Assembly (NCBI GenBank): GCA_963826525.1 | Contig: CAWGXH010000004.1 | Coordinates: 640,001-704,000 of the forward strand | DNA: 64,000 nucleotides | Origin: an uncultured Methanomicrobiaceae archaeon | GTDB lineage: Archaea > Halobacteriota > Methanomicrobia > Methanomicrobiales > Methanoculleaceae | Reading direction: 5' to 3' | Part shown: positions 31,645 through 42,447 of the stretch, piece by piece | How positions within the stretch are numbered: the first letter of the stretch is position 1 | Layout: every line of letters begins with the position of its first letter | Notes under the pieces: model-generated | What the model saw: only the letters and a program-made list of their open reading frames with translations | What the model was told of the DNA's origin: nothing | Databases searched by the model: none | Made by a program: the position numbers and the translations under genes

Positions 31645-31809
31645 TTATGGCCCCTGGAATCCACACTTCTGGCATTCGTATGAGACGCTCTGTTCTCTGC
31701 AGCGGTAGCACCTGCTGATTGCAGCCGAACACTCCGGGCACTTGAACTGCGTGGCACCGGTCTCTGCGAGGGGTCCGTTACAGGATGTGCATCGATCTGT
31801 TGCTATCAT
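31645..31809 (-). CDS. Zn-ribbon protein (DUF1610/HVO_2753 family)
   Basis: Four CxxC pairs ending CGFQGP; typical position upstream of aEF-1beta. Confidence 0.9.
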   Translation of the reverse strand: MIATDRCTSCNGPLAETGATQFKCPECSAAISRCYRCREQSVSYECQKCGFQGP

Positions 31810-31854
31810 TATTACTTCCTCAAGCGGTATCCTATCATATCTTCCCCGAACCAA

Positions 31855-32454
31855 TTAAAATCTCGTGTCAATGACGGTTCCATGAGGCGTCACTCCGTCC
31901 AGAACCTGCGCTATCCGTTCGTCGAATCTGCCGTTTATTACCGTCGTCCGGACATTGTGCTCGAGAACGAACGGGATCAGGGCAGGGTCGACCTCCTCGC
32001 AGGGACAAGGGTGGTCTACCCGCTCAAGGAGCGTCCGGTGGTGGGAAATACCGTCTACCGACTTGAGGAGGACGAGCTCGGTGCCGAGGTTCGATGCAAC
32101 CCACGCCGCGATCGTGTCGGAGGTGATATCCCAGGAGTGCGGCAGCGGATCGAGCCTCCGGAGAGCACAGTAGGGGAGCAGCACCGTCATCTCTGCGGGG
32201 CGCTCAATCGCGTGCGTCGCCGGCACGTTGTGTGACACAATGTACCAGCCGTACTGCTCCATAGCGGCGATCGCCATCCAGTGAGCCGCCGTATCCGAGA
32301 GATTGAGCCGCCGCACATGATCCGCGAACCTGCCGCCGCCCGGCACGATCAGCACGGGCCGCCCCGTCGCCCGGATCGTATCGATGACGGCGTCGGTCCG
32401 ATCGAAGAGGCTCCCGCCGAGCTTGACGACGATAGGAATGGTCAGCGAGGACAT
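31855..32454 (-). CDS. Amino-acid-kinase-family protein, MfnE-like (methanofuran biosynthesis)
   Basis: VVKLGGSL, VPGGGRFAD, AHWMAI, LPHSWDITSDTIA. Confidence 0.75.
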   Translation of the reverse strand: MSSLTIPIVVKLGGSLFDRTDAVIDTIRATGRPVLIVPGGGRFADHVRRLNLSDTAAHWMAIAAMEQYGWYIVSHNVPATHAIERPAEMTVLLPYCALRRLDPLPHSWDITSDTIAAWVASNLGTELVLLKSVDGISHHRTLLERVDHPCPCEEVDPALIPFVLEHNVRTTVINGRFDERIAQVLDGVTPHGTVIDTRF

Positions 32455-32495
32455 ATCGCCAGATTATAAAACGGGCAGCCTCATAACCTCTCCGC

Positions 32496-34166
32496 ATGAA
32501 GAGGGTTGCCCTCGCCCTGCTCCTCTGCTGCCTCGTCACCACCGCAAGCGGTGTCCTGATAGTCGAGTTCTGTCCCGATCCCTACCAGTCCGGCGATCCC
32601 GACGAATACCTGGTGCTTGCAGGGAGCGGCACGCTCGACGGCATTGTGATCACGGACGGCGAGGGCGGATTCCGGTTCCCGCCCGGAGCACGGATCGACG
32701 GCAGACTGACCGTCGCCCGGAGCGCGGCAGCATATGCGGAGAGCCACGGCACCCTCCCCGACTACGAACTCTTCGACTACTCGCCGGCCGTACCCGAGGT
32801 GCGACGGAGCGACGACCTCCGGATGGCGAATAGCGCGGACGAACTCTTCGTCTACCGCGAAAGCACGCTCATCCAGACTGTTGCCTGGCCTCTGGACGTC
32901 CACCCCCGCGAAGGGCAGATCCACTACCTCGAAAACGGTGTCTGGGACAGCCGGCCGCTCCTCATCGGCCAGTCACGGTTCAGTCCCGCGACCTTCGACA
33001 ATGTCGAAGTTACGGCATTCGTCTCGCCGGACTGCGCCCGGGATATCTTCATGGATGCCGTCGCCGCCGCTAATTCGGAGATCCTCGTCAACATTTACGA
33101 GTTCACCGATGCGGGGCTCGCGGAGGGGCTCGTCCGCGCCCGGGCACGCGGGGTGAACGTCACCGTCCTCCTTGAGGGAGGGCCGGTCGGCGGGATATCG
33201 GCCGAGGGGCAGAGCGTCGCCGCGATCCTCAGGGAGGGCGGCATTCCCGTGCTACAGATGACCACCACCGATGCCGCGCATGCGAAGTACCGCTACGACC
33301 ATGCGAAGTACATAGTCATCGACAGGAAAAGAGTTGTCATCGGGAGCGAGAACTACGGATTGAGCGGATTTCCGATAGCGGGAACGAAAGGAAACCGGGG
33401 ATGGGGAGTCTGCCTCGACGACACCGGGCTCGCCGAATACTTCCGGACAGTCTTCCTCTGCGACAGCAGCGGCGGCGATATCGTCCCGCTCGAAGGCTCG
33501 CCGGGAGACGGAGACGCTACCGGAACGATACCTTTTACCCCCGAGTTCACCCCGCTTCGCACGGACGGGGCGCGGGCCACGCCGGTACTCTCCCCGGACA
33601 CGAGTTTTCTGATCACCACGATGCTGGAGAGAGCAGAGCGGACGATCGCTATCGAGCAGGCGTACATCACGAATGAAACGCGCTACGAGCTCAACCCCTT
33701 CCTCGCGGCGGCGATCGACGCCTCCCGGCGGGGTGTCGAGGTGCGGGTGATCCTCGACTCGGCCTGGTTCAATACCGAGGGCGACGCCGACAACGACGAG
33801 ATGGTCGCGATCATCAACCGGGTGGCGTCCACGGAAGGGCTACCGCTCGAGGCGCGCCTGGCTGACCTCGATGGGAACAACCTCGAGAAGATCCACACCA
33901 AAGGTGTCGTCGTCGACGGCCGGTGGGTGCTCGTCAGCAGCATCAACTGGAACGAAAACTCCCCGAACTTCAACCGGGAGGCGGGGGTGATCATCGAAGA
34001 TCCGGCCGTCGCCGCATACTTCATGGGTGTCATGCGAGACGACTGGTATGGTTCTTCACCGGAGAAAAGCGGGGGAGGAGCGGATCTCGATTATGCAAAG
34101 GCCGGTTGTGCCGCCGTTATCGTCGTCGCAATCTTGGCTCTCTACTGGTACCGTCACCGGCGGTGA
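32496..34166 (+). CDS. Exported phospholipase D-family protein with C-terminal TM anchor
   Basis: Signal peptide; HAKYIVID and HTKGVVVD; SSINWNENS. Confidence 0.85.
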   Translation: MKRVALALLLCCLVTTASGVLIVEFCPDPYQSGDPDEYLVLAGSGTLDGIVITDGEGGFRFPPGARIDGRLTVARSAAAYAESHGTLPDYELFDYSPAVPEVRRSDDLRMANSADELFVYRESTLIQTVAWPLDVHPREGQIHYLENGVWDSRPLLIGQSRFSPATFDNVEVTAFVSPDCARDIFMDAVAAANSEILVNIYEFTDAGLAEGLVRARARGVNVTVLLEGGPVGGISAEGQSVAAILREGGIPVLQMTTTDAAHAKYRYDHAKYIVIDRKRVVIGSENYGLSGFPIAGTKGNRGWGVCLDDTGLAEYFRTVFLCDSSGGDIVPLEGSPGDGDATGTIPFTPEFTPLRTDGARATPVLSPDTSFLITTMLERAERTIAIEQAYITNETRYELNPFLAAAIDASRRGVEVRVILDSAWFNTEGDADNDEMVAIINRVASTEGLPLEARLADLDGNNLEKIHTKGVVVDGRWVLVSSINWNENSPNFNREAGVIIEDPAVAAYFMGVMRDDWYGSSPEKSGGGADLDYAKAGCAAVIVVAILALYWYRHRR

Positions 34167-34463
34167 ACGGCAGACCGGCAGACATCGCAGATGGTGATCG
34201 TCCCGGTTCCAGAAGCTACGGCGGTCACCCACCTCTCGATGATCTCATCGAGATCCCCGGAGAGGCCGGCATCGGTGTGTCCACGTTTCCGGCTCATGTA
34301 CCTGCGATATCGCCGCCCTGCTGATCCCAAGGCGCTTTGAGACTTCGCTCTGGCTGATGCCCCGCTCGTTGACGAGGCGGTAGACCATCTCGGCCCGCAT
34401 TCGCGGCAGCAGTCTCCGGGCGAGGCTGTCACAGCGCATAATATCACAGGACTGCTCGCTCAT
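34154..34463 (-). CDS. HTH transcriptional regulator with Cys motifs (frameshift near 34301)
   Basis: SQSEVSKRLGISRAAISQ(Y)MSRKRG...ICDVC. Confidence 0.8.
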
Positions 34464-34693
34464 GCCGTCTGCACCATCCGCGACTCATTATATTCGTAGA
34501 GGATCTGACGTGCATCCCGGAAGTTGAACTTCTCGATGATCATCCCGTTATCCTTCAGTTTCTTCAGCGCATAGCGGACGGTCCGGGGGGCCAGGTTGCT
34601 CAGCCTGACGAGTTCCTTGTGGGTCAGGGCACTTCCATCCTCAAGCAGGACGAGAATCTTCTGTGATGAGGGCGGAAGGTTCACTTCATCCAT
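34460..34693 (-). CDS. Winged-helix transcriptional regulator
   Basis: LPPSSQKIL...LAPRTVRYALKKL...DARQILY. Confidence 0.88.
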   Translation of the reverse strand: MDEVNLPPSSQKILVLLEDGSALTHKELVRLSNLAPRTVRYALKKLKDNGMIIEKFNFRDARQILYEYNESRMVQTA

Positions 34694-34763
34694 GAGTAGT
34701 AGTTAACGGCGTTAACATATCAAACTGCCGATACTATATCTCCGCGCTGCCATACGCTATTCT

Positions 34764-35129
34764 ATGCTTGAGCGACAGGAACGGACGGCGTTGATCCTGC
34801 TCGTCTCGGTGGTTGCGGTCGTGCTGGCGGCGCACCTGCTCCTCGACACCTTTGCAAAGCCTCTGACCGCATCACCCTACTCGGAGACTGTAGATGACGG
34901 CACACTGGTCATTCTCGAGGGATCGGTCGAGACCGTGAGCAGTACACAGACAGGCGGCCACCTGCTCCTCTCCGTCGCAGGTGTGCCGGTCTTCATTCCT
35001 GCGGGTTCGGCGGCCGGGCTCGATCTTCGGGAGGGCGATTCGGTCTCCGCGTACGGAATCGTGCAGACCTACCGCGGAAAAAGAGAGGTTGTCGTGAACT
35101 CACCGGGCGATATCCGCGTCCTGAAGTAA
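34764..35129 (+). CDS. Membrane-anchored OB-fold protein
   Basis: N-terminal TM; GGHLLL...GIVQTYRGKREVVV. Confidence 0.8.
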   Translation: MLERQERTALILLVSVVAVVLAAHLLLDTFAKPLTASPYSETVDDGTLVILEGSVETVSSTQTGGHLLLSVAGVPVFIPAGSAAGLDLREGDSVSAYGIVQTYRGKREVVVNSPGDIRVLK

Positions 35130-35130
35130 G

Positions 35131-35337
35131 TCACTTCTGCGCAGAGTAGAAAATATCAGCCCCACTGCTCACCCGGAACCTGGGCTTTACAGACGGCGCC
35201 CTCTTCGTCTCCTGCTCACCCTGCTCCAGCTGGTGCGCCTCTTCTGGTGGGGGGGCGGGCTTTTTCTGCCCGGACCTGCGCCCCTCAACGCCGCTGCCCC
35301 CGGCGAGATCGCTGTCGATTATCTTTTCACGCGGCAT
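35131..35337 (-). CDS. Small hypothetical protein
   Basis: 68-aa hydrophilic ORF with a minus-strand TTTATA box ~25 nt upstream. Confidence 0.4.
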   Translation of the reverse strand: MPREKIIDSDLAGGSGVEGRRSGQKKPAPPPEEAHQLEQGEQETKRAPSVKPRFRVSSGADIFYSAQK

Positions 35338-35469
35338 ACAGGGAGATCATCGGCCCGAGTATAAATGTGTGTGTAAATGCCCCCCCGGAATATCCACTCC
35401 ACAGGCAGGGACGGAACGAAGAAAAGAAGAGGAGGCAGAATCGAATCTGTGATATCGGGTGAGCAGTGG

Positions 35470-35665
35470 ATGAGCACGCCCTTCGAAGACGGACAGGACG
35501 ACGATAGGATATTTCTGATTCTGGCGGCCGCAGAGCGGCTGAAACAGAAGAATGCGGATATCATCCAGGAGATCACCGGACAGGGCTACATGGTTATCGT
35601 CATTACCACCAACCAGCCCTCGACCATTCTCCGCCGGACGTACGTGCAGAACGGTATCCCCAACC
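35470..35665 (+). pseudogene. N-terminal fragment of an inactive RecA/KaiC-like protein
   Basis: GYMVIVITTNQPSTILRRTY is typical of this archaeal family; coding character is lost after ~65 codons. Confidence 0.45.
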
Positions 35666-35989
35666 GGCACCACGGCGTGGGCAATGCTGTACCACATGGC
35701 AAGCTCCGCCGTCTCCCGGTCGGGGTGCAGCAGTTCGCAGAGGAGGGAGGAGTCCATAACCCGCTCGTGCGTAGCGCCGCAGATATCCCGGATAAGCATA
35801 CCTACCCGTCTGCTGCGTGCGCCTAAATAATGCGCTCCCGGGAAACGGCAGGCAGAGGCAGGAGAGGATGTGACCGCGCGCAAACGCACGGCACCCCACG
35901 AGGACTACCCTCTCATACCGGTGCCGGCGGATGCACGGGGAGGATTTCCCTCCATTGCCGTCATCCTGCTCAGATTCAACCGAACCTGC

Positions 35990-36270
35990 CGTTCTCGGGA
36001 TACATGACTGGCTGATCCCGTATATGGTTCTGCTCGGGACGTTCATTCCGCCGCTCGGCGGGTTATCATGGCTGACTTCTTCTTCAGGCACCAGAAACGG
36101 GTATCCACCACTCTCCTCGGCGCAGGCTCCGTGGAACCCGGCAGGTATCGGTGCGTATACCCTCGGATCGATTATCGCCGCACTGAGCCCAGGCATTCCT
36201 CCGGTGAACGGGATCGTCGCCGCGCTCTTCGCCTACGCCGTTCTCGATCGGATTGTCAGGCACCGGTCAC
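35990..36270 (+). pseudogene. C-terminal remnant of a cytosine permease (CodB/NCS1)
   Basis: LLGTFIPPLGG(VI)MADFF...WNPAGIGAY...SPGIPPVNGI. Confidence 0.65.
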
Positions 36271-36779
36271 ATAAACCGTTCGAACCGTTCCCGGGGCACC
36301 CGGCAGATCGGGCAGATCTCCGGCGGGGCATTCCGGGCGCAGAGGTAGCCGCAGACCCGGCACCGCCAGACCGGGTAGGCGAGAGCGGGTGCAAACGCCG
36401 AAGAAGCCTCACGCTTCTCACGCACTTTCTTCCGCTCATGCCGAGGCGGGCGGCGTTCGGGAACCGGTTCGGGCTTCCGCTCACCTGCCCTGATATCGGC
36501 CGAGACGTAGAGGGCGCAGTAGCAAGCACCGTAGTCATGGAGATCAGGGTCGCGATAGTCGCAGGGGCAGATGATATCAAGGTCGTCCTCCCGCCTGCCT
36601 GCGGCGAGCCGGCAGGGGCAGGCGATGTAGCCGTAGCGGTTCCGGTTGACGAGCAGCCCCCGCACGAGCTCGCGGGTGAACTCCTGGTCGGGATTGAGAT
36701 GGTATCCACCTGCCTCCGCTTCAGTGTCGAGATCGTTATAGAAACGATCGACCTCTCTGTCGGTCACGTCATCCGGCAT
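36267..36779 (-). CDS. Ferredoxin:disulfide (thioredoxin/glutaredoxin) reductase with C-terminal rubredoxin domain
   Basis: CPC, CPC, CYC FTR motifs; WRCRVCGY...CPIC. Confidence 0.92.
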   Translation of the reverse strand: MPDDVTDREVDRFYNDLDTEAEAGGYHLNPDQEFTRELVRGLLVNRNRYGYIACPCRLAAGRREDDLDIICPCDYRDPDLHDYGACYCALYVSADIRAGERKPEPVPERRPPRHERKKVREKREASSAFAPALAYPVWRCRVCGYLCARNAPPEICPICRVPRERFERFM

Positions 36780-37053
36780 GCAGAGCCCCCCGGATCTCAT
36801 CCTCGCGGAACCCCACGATCACCGTCTCGTCGTTGATAACGAGGGTTGGGAACGAACCCCGGGGATTCCACCGTTCCACCTCCGTGAGCGCCTGATCAAA
36901 CTCGTCGCGGTTGACTTTATCGACGTACAGGTAGGAGAATGCAACACCGAGATCGGTGAGGAGCTGCTTGGTTTTGGCGCACCATCCGCAGGTGCTGAGC
37001 GCGTAGAGCATCACCTTCCCCCGGTCCTCTCCGGGCACGTGAACGACGTCCAT
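36769..37053 (-). CDS. Glutaredoxin/NrdH-like (methanoredoxin-like) protein
   Basis: [15 protein letters not shown]; overlaps the reductase gene. Confidence 0.9.
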   Translation of the reverse strand: MDVVHVPGEDRGKVMLYALSTCGWCAKTKQLLTDLGVAFSYLYVDKVNRDEFDQALTEVERWNPRGSFPTLVINDETVIVGFREDEIRGALHAG

Positions 37054-37125
37054 GGCAGACCTCCGTACCTGGAGCGCATTAAACTTTCTCCCCGACAGAG
37101 CGGACTGACCTCCACTCCCGGGCTG

Positions 37126-38866
37126 TCAGCAGCCCCGCGGCGTGGAGGGATGGCCATCGGCCGGTTGTAAGGTCAGGACGAACTCCGACACATCCTCACA
37201 CTCTCTGCATTTCAGGTTCGCACCACAGAGCGCAAAGCCCCGCCGGAAGAGGCGCAGCGCACCCTCCGTCTCCGGGACGGGGATCCGGCATCCGGAGTAG
37301 GCGATCCCGATGCGGACACCGGCATCGTCAAGCCCGGTCGCAACCCGGATCTTCCGAACGCCTCCCGAAGCCAGGTGTTCAAGGAGGGCAGCGACGGCAT
37401 CGAAGAGCCGTTCCGGCTCCGCCAGGGCAGGAGGGAGGGGGTCGTGCAGGACGAGGTCGAGGCGGACGTCCTCGAAGAGCGGGAGGTAGGCAAGCCTTGA
37501 GACCAGCGCCTCCCGGTATGCCGCTTCGTCGTCGGCGGCCTCGATAAAGGCCTCGTCCGGGATCGGCGGGCTACAGAGATGCGCAACCAGTGCTCCTCGA
37601 GCAGCGGATTGACAGCGACCCGGGAGAGGGGCTCGTCCATCCCGTACCCGAAGACCGTATTCATAAAATCCGAGAGGAGACGCTCTGTTCGCCGGAGGAG
37701 CGAGGTGTCGACGATATGGTCGAGCCGGTCCTGCTCGAAGAGCGCTCCTATCCGTTGCGTGATCTGCACCGCTTTGAGCACGAGCTGGATCTCTATCTTG
37801 CTGCCTTCTGCAAACTCCGCGACGAACGCAGTGAAGTCAGCCAGGAACTCATCGATACGGTCGGCCTCGATGAGGTTCTGGTACTTCTCCGCCTCCTCTG
37901 CCTCCCCGAGCTCCTCGAGGGTATAGGCGAGCATGTAGAGCCTGCCCGCGATGACGGAGAAGAGCCTGCCCGCTTCGCCGAGGAGATCGATTGCGTGCTC
38001 CCGGGAGGTACCCGGAGGCGATCGGGGGTGAAGGCTCCGATATCCGTCATCTCGGCCGCTTCCCGCTGCAGATTCTCGCAGAGCCTGACGACCGTTGCCG
38101 GCGCCACTGCCCGGCCGTGCCCGGAGCAGCAGAGAGTGAACGGCTTGTTCCGAAGGAGCCAGCAGAGGCGCTCTATCGATGCAGCGAGCGCAGCGGGATC
38201 CCACCCGGCACACCCGGCAATTCCGGGGCCTGTCGAGAAGAGGAGGTCGCTCGTGAAGAGGAACTCGCCGATACCGATACAGATGCTGTCGGGCGTGTGC
38301 CCGGGGGTGTGGTAGACCTCAAGCGCTTCACCGCTGCCGAGTGTGAGGATCTGCCGGTCGAGAAAGATCCCGCCACCGATCGGGATCGAGTCCGTCGAAA
38401 GCGAGATACCGGGATCGATCGTCCACCTGCCCTCGGCCGCCCGGTCGCGGGCGGTGAGCAGGTGGATATCGACGGTACGCGGGAGCATCTCCCAGTGGAA
38501 CATCTCCGCAAGGGTCCTGACCGTATCGCCGCGCTCGAGCGCCCGGGCGCCCTCTTCCTGGGCGGCTATCCGGAAGGGAGCAATCGTACCGAGCTCCGTA
38601 TCCCGGATAACGGCAAGGCAGTGATCGAGGTGGCAGTGCGTCAGAAGGAGGAGAACCGGCCGTGGCCGCGCCGCCACCTCCGCCCGCACCGTCGCGACGA
38701 TCTCCGCCATCTGCCCAGGATCGGCACCGGTATCTATCAGCAGGATCTCGGAAGACGTCCGTATGATATAGGCATTCGAGCAGCAGACGTCGGGTTTGCG
38801 TGTCAGGGGGTAGATCTCGGCGCCGACGCTCCCGGGGATCGGCTGCCACTGCTGGTTTTCAAGCAC
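37126..38866 (-). CDS. MBL-fold metallohydrolase with long C-terminal helical/HATPase-like extension (frameshifts near 38008 and 37595)
   Basis: LIDTG, THCHLDH, TPGHT, SGHG; downstream frames continue to TGA at 37126. Confidence 0.75.
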
Positions 38867-38968
38867 TCCTTCTCCTCTCCATGCCTGTCTGCCGGAAAAC
38901 AGGTCTCGAATAGACTGTTCGGCGTGGTCTCTTAAAAACTATGATGAAGCAGAAAAGAGAGGTACGGA

Positions 38969-39459
38969 ATGAGCGAAGAAGCAGATACCGAAACGACGAT
39001 GCTCCGGGGCGAGAAGGAGATCCAGGACCAACGGCTGGTCGAGGCCGTGCTCTCTCTAGCACTCGTCTGCAGGATCGGGCTCGCGTACGAGAATCAGCCC
39101 TACGTCGTTCCCATGTGCTTTGTCTGTGCCGGAGACAGCATCTACCTGCACGCCGCCCGTGAAGGGCGGAAGATCGAGATCCTGAAGCGGAACGACGCTG
39201 TCTGTTTCGAGGTTGAGGCGGATGTGGCGACAATCCCCGCCGATGTTGCCTGCGGATGGGGGATGCGCTACCGGAGCGTTATCGGCTTTGGACGGGCGAC
39301 CTTCGTCGATGACCCGGAGGAGAAGGTAGCCGCCCTCGATCTTTTGATGGAGAAGTACTCAGGGCAGGGGAGATGGACGTACCGGACGAGGCCGTCCGCC
39401 GGACGACGATCATCAGGATTGCAATCGAGAGGATGACCGGCAAACAGTCGGGCTTCTGA
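38969..39459 (+). CDS. Pyridoxamine 5'-phosphate oxidase-like flavin-binding protein (frameshift near 39383)
   Basis: PYVVPM, YLHAAREGRK, VCFEV, YRSVIGFG. Confidence 0.88.
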
Positions 39460-39513
39460 GGAGATTATATATCTGGGCAGACTGAAGGTGGCGGCGTTGC
39501 AGGGAGTGATAGT

Positions 39514-40062
39514 ATGAAACCGAACAGCATCGCACTACTGATCCCGCTCCTCATCCTCTGTATCGGAGCATGCGGCATCGCGACCGCACAATCCCTCACC
39601 GTGGAGGATCTCGGAACCGTCACCGCAGGAGAGACGGTCGTCATCAACGGGACGACGAACCTCGCACCGGGGGACCAGTTGCTAATTACAATCTCGCCGA
39701 CGGCGTTCGGCCCGACAACAAAGAACGAGAGCGCAGGGCAGACCGGGGTATCGGGAACCGTTACGGTACAGCCCGGCGAGGGGCGGAATATATGGTCTTT
39801 CACCGTCGATACAGGCGACCTCGAACCGGGCAGTTACTTCGTAACGGTCGAGTGGATCGAAGGCGACGCCACCGCTACGACGACACTGACGGTGCAGGCG
39901 GCCACGCCTTCACCGACAAACACTGCAACGACTGCGCAGACGCCGATGGCGACCGCCACGACAGCACCGCCCTCACCGACGCCCACGGAGGCCGCCCCGG
40001 CCGTGCCGGTGCTCGCCGTCCTGATAGCCTGCCTCACGACGGCACTCCTGTTGCGGCAGTAG
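39514..40062 (+). CDS. Cell-surface glycoprotein with Thr-rich linker and C-terminal sorting/TM segment
   Basis: Signal peptide; INGTTNLAPGD Ig-like domain; C-terminal hydrophobic tail. Confidence 0.8.
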   Translation: MKPNSIALLIPLLILCIGACGIATAQSLTVEDLGTVTAGETVVINGTTNLAPGDQLLITISPTAFGPTTKNESAGQTGVSGTVTVQPGEGRNIWSFTVDTGDLEPGSYFVTVEWIEGDATATTTLTVQAATPSPTNTATTAQTPMATATTAPPSPTPTEAAPAVPVLAVLIACLTTALLLRQ

Positions 40063-40075
40063 GAGAGACTCTCCG

Positions 40076-41436
40076 TTACCGGCGATCGACAACCCGCTTC
40101 GGCCTTCCGACCGCCCGGGCGAGCTCGAGCCCCCCCTTCGGGATGAAGTGGAAGAGGAGCTTCAGCGCCCCGTCGGCGTAGGCTTCGGCGAGATCGGGCA
40201 CCCGGGAGAGGAGGGCAGCGATGAACCGCTCTTCAATCCCTCTCCGGTCGCAGGCCTCCGGGTCGGTACACTCCATACTCACCCGGAGGACGGTCTCACC
40301 GGCATCCTCTCCCCCGTAGATGAACGCCTCGTACCTCCCCGGTCAGGTCATCCATATTCTCGCGCTGAAAGACGGCGCTCTCCACGTCAACGCGGCCCAG
40401 GGCCACTCCTGCGATCAGGAACGTCTCCGCCTCACGCCGCGGGTAGAAGATCCGCATCGCCGTTCTGCCGCAGGAGCATCGCTCCCGTGACAGGACGACC
40501 GACGTATCCTCGGTGTCGTAGTTGATGAGAAGTGTCCCCGCCTTCTCCCCGACCGGAATGAGCGTTGAGAAGACGAGACGCCCCCACTCCCCGTCGGGGA
40601 CGAACCGCTCCATCCGCGGGTCATAGAGATCGAAGTGCACCAGATCTTCGGGGACGTGAAGGCCGCCCTGGGCGGCACACTCGCCACAGATCGTCCCTTC
40701 GGGTACTCCCGTAGGTATTGTAGACAGGAGAGCCCCATACTTCTGCAAGATATGCTCGTGACTCCGCCGCGAACCCCTCCCCACCGATCACCAGGCGCTC
40801 TATCCCCGACTCCCTGGGATCGAGGCCGTCCGCCTCCAGCCGCCGGGCAAGCCGGAGCAGTTTGAAGATACTCCCGACGATGGCCGTCGGTCGATAACTC
40901 CTGATCACCCTGACCGGGAAGGTGCATTTCCCCTCCGGGATGACGGTGATACCGAGGTTTCTGGCCGCAAGGGTCATCGTATTCGCCCCGACGTTCATCC
41001 CGTACGAGGTGCAGATCACCACCCGGTCGCCGGCGGCAAACCCCTGCGCTACGAAGAACCGCCCGTACTTCTCGGCATACCGTTCCCAGTCTTCCCAGGT
41101 GAGGAAGAAGGATTTGGGCATCCCGCTCGTTCCGCTCGTCTCGTTGATGGTGTACACATCGCTGCAGGCGACGCTCAGGAACCGGAACTCCAGTATCCCT
41201 GGCGGCTGATTCTGCCGGATCGTCTCGCCGGAGATGACCGGCAGATCGAGGAGGTCTTCGTGCGTCCTGACCTCGGTCGGCCGGATCCGGTGCTCACGAA
41301 ACCACCGGCGGTAGAAGGGAGAGTGCTCGGCGGCGTATCCGACGGTATATCGCACCCGCTCGTCGATGAGGGCATCGAGATCTGACCGATCCAGCGCCTC
41401 GACCGCGGGGTTGTAGTAGCGGTGCTCGCGCATCAT
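40076..41436 (-). CDS. ftsA: Coenzyme F390 synthetase (PaaK-like adenylate-forming enzyme; frameshifts near 40702 and 40335)
   Basis: ETSGTSGMPKSFFLTWEDW, YGMNVGANTM, YNTYGST(EG), LINYDTED, RAVGRPKRVVDRR. Confidence 0.85.
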
Positions 41437-41438
41437 GC

Positions 41439-42405
41439 TCACCCGCATCTCCGGCATGATCGGAGAATAAGGTGATGGGTGTGCTCAGCACCGATCGGCA
41501 CCCGCACCAGATAGACCAGCAGGCTGCAGACGAGCAGCGATGCCCCAAGGGCGAGCAGTCCTGTGTGCGAACTGCCGGTCACTCCGGTCAGCCCCCCGAC
41601 GATCGACAGGCCGATGAACCCACCGAGATGTCCGATCGAGTTAATGACGGCGATCCCGACCGCAGCCGTCGCCGGAGCGAGGAAGAGTGCGGGAAGCGTC
41701 CAGAATGGGCCGAAGAAACTGTAGATGCCGATCGTCGTGGCGGTGAGCATGAGCACGGTGAGGAAGGGGTCGGCAACGAGCCCCGAGCCGAGCAAACCCA
41801 GTCCCCCGACGAGGGGGGAGAGCGGCATGGATCCGGCGCGACCAGACAAACATCGCCGCACACCCGGCGACGTAGGGGATCATGGTGACGAGCCCGATCT
41901 CCATGGTGGTGGTCATCGTGACGGAGAACGACCTCACTGTCAGGGGTAGCCAGAATCAGAGGCCGTAGAGGCCGATGATGAGTGCGCAGTAGACCGCCGA
42001 GAGGTGCCAGACCCGCGGTCGGCAAGCATCTCCCGGAGGGTATGCTTCCCTGCTGCCGCACGCCGCCGCCTCTCCCCCCAACAAGCTCGGTGATCAGCCA
42101 GGCCTTCTCCTCGCTATCGAGCCAGGCGACAGTCTCAGATCAGTCGATCAGGTAGAACCAGGTCACGACCCCGAGGAGAATCGGTGGCGCTCCCCAAGCA
42201 CGAAGAGCCACCGCCACCCCTCGATGCCGAACCAACCAGTATTCTCAAGGATCCAGGTCGAGACGGGAAGGGCGGTCATGAAGAGTGCGACCGCCCGGGC
42301 GAGCTCACGCTCCCGGAACCAGAAGGTGATGTAGCCGAGTTGTACGGCGTTCTGCGCCAGCGCCGTGACCATGACGACAGCGCCCCAGGCGATGAGGATA
42401 CGTGC
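41439..42405 (-). pseudogene. Degraded MFS (ACS/TtuB-like) transporter
   Basis: ITFWFRERELARAVALFM, EGWRWLF, AVGIAVINSIG; several frame breaks, internal deletions, no N-terminus. Confidence 0.75.
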
Positions 42406-42447
42406 AATTCATACCCGGGGAGCGGAAAAACTCGCAGGTAAAAGAGA

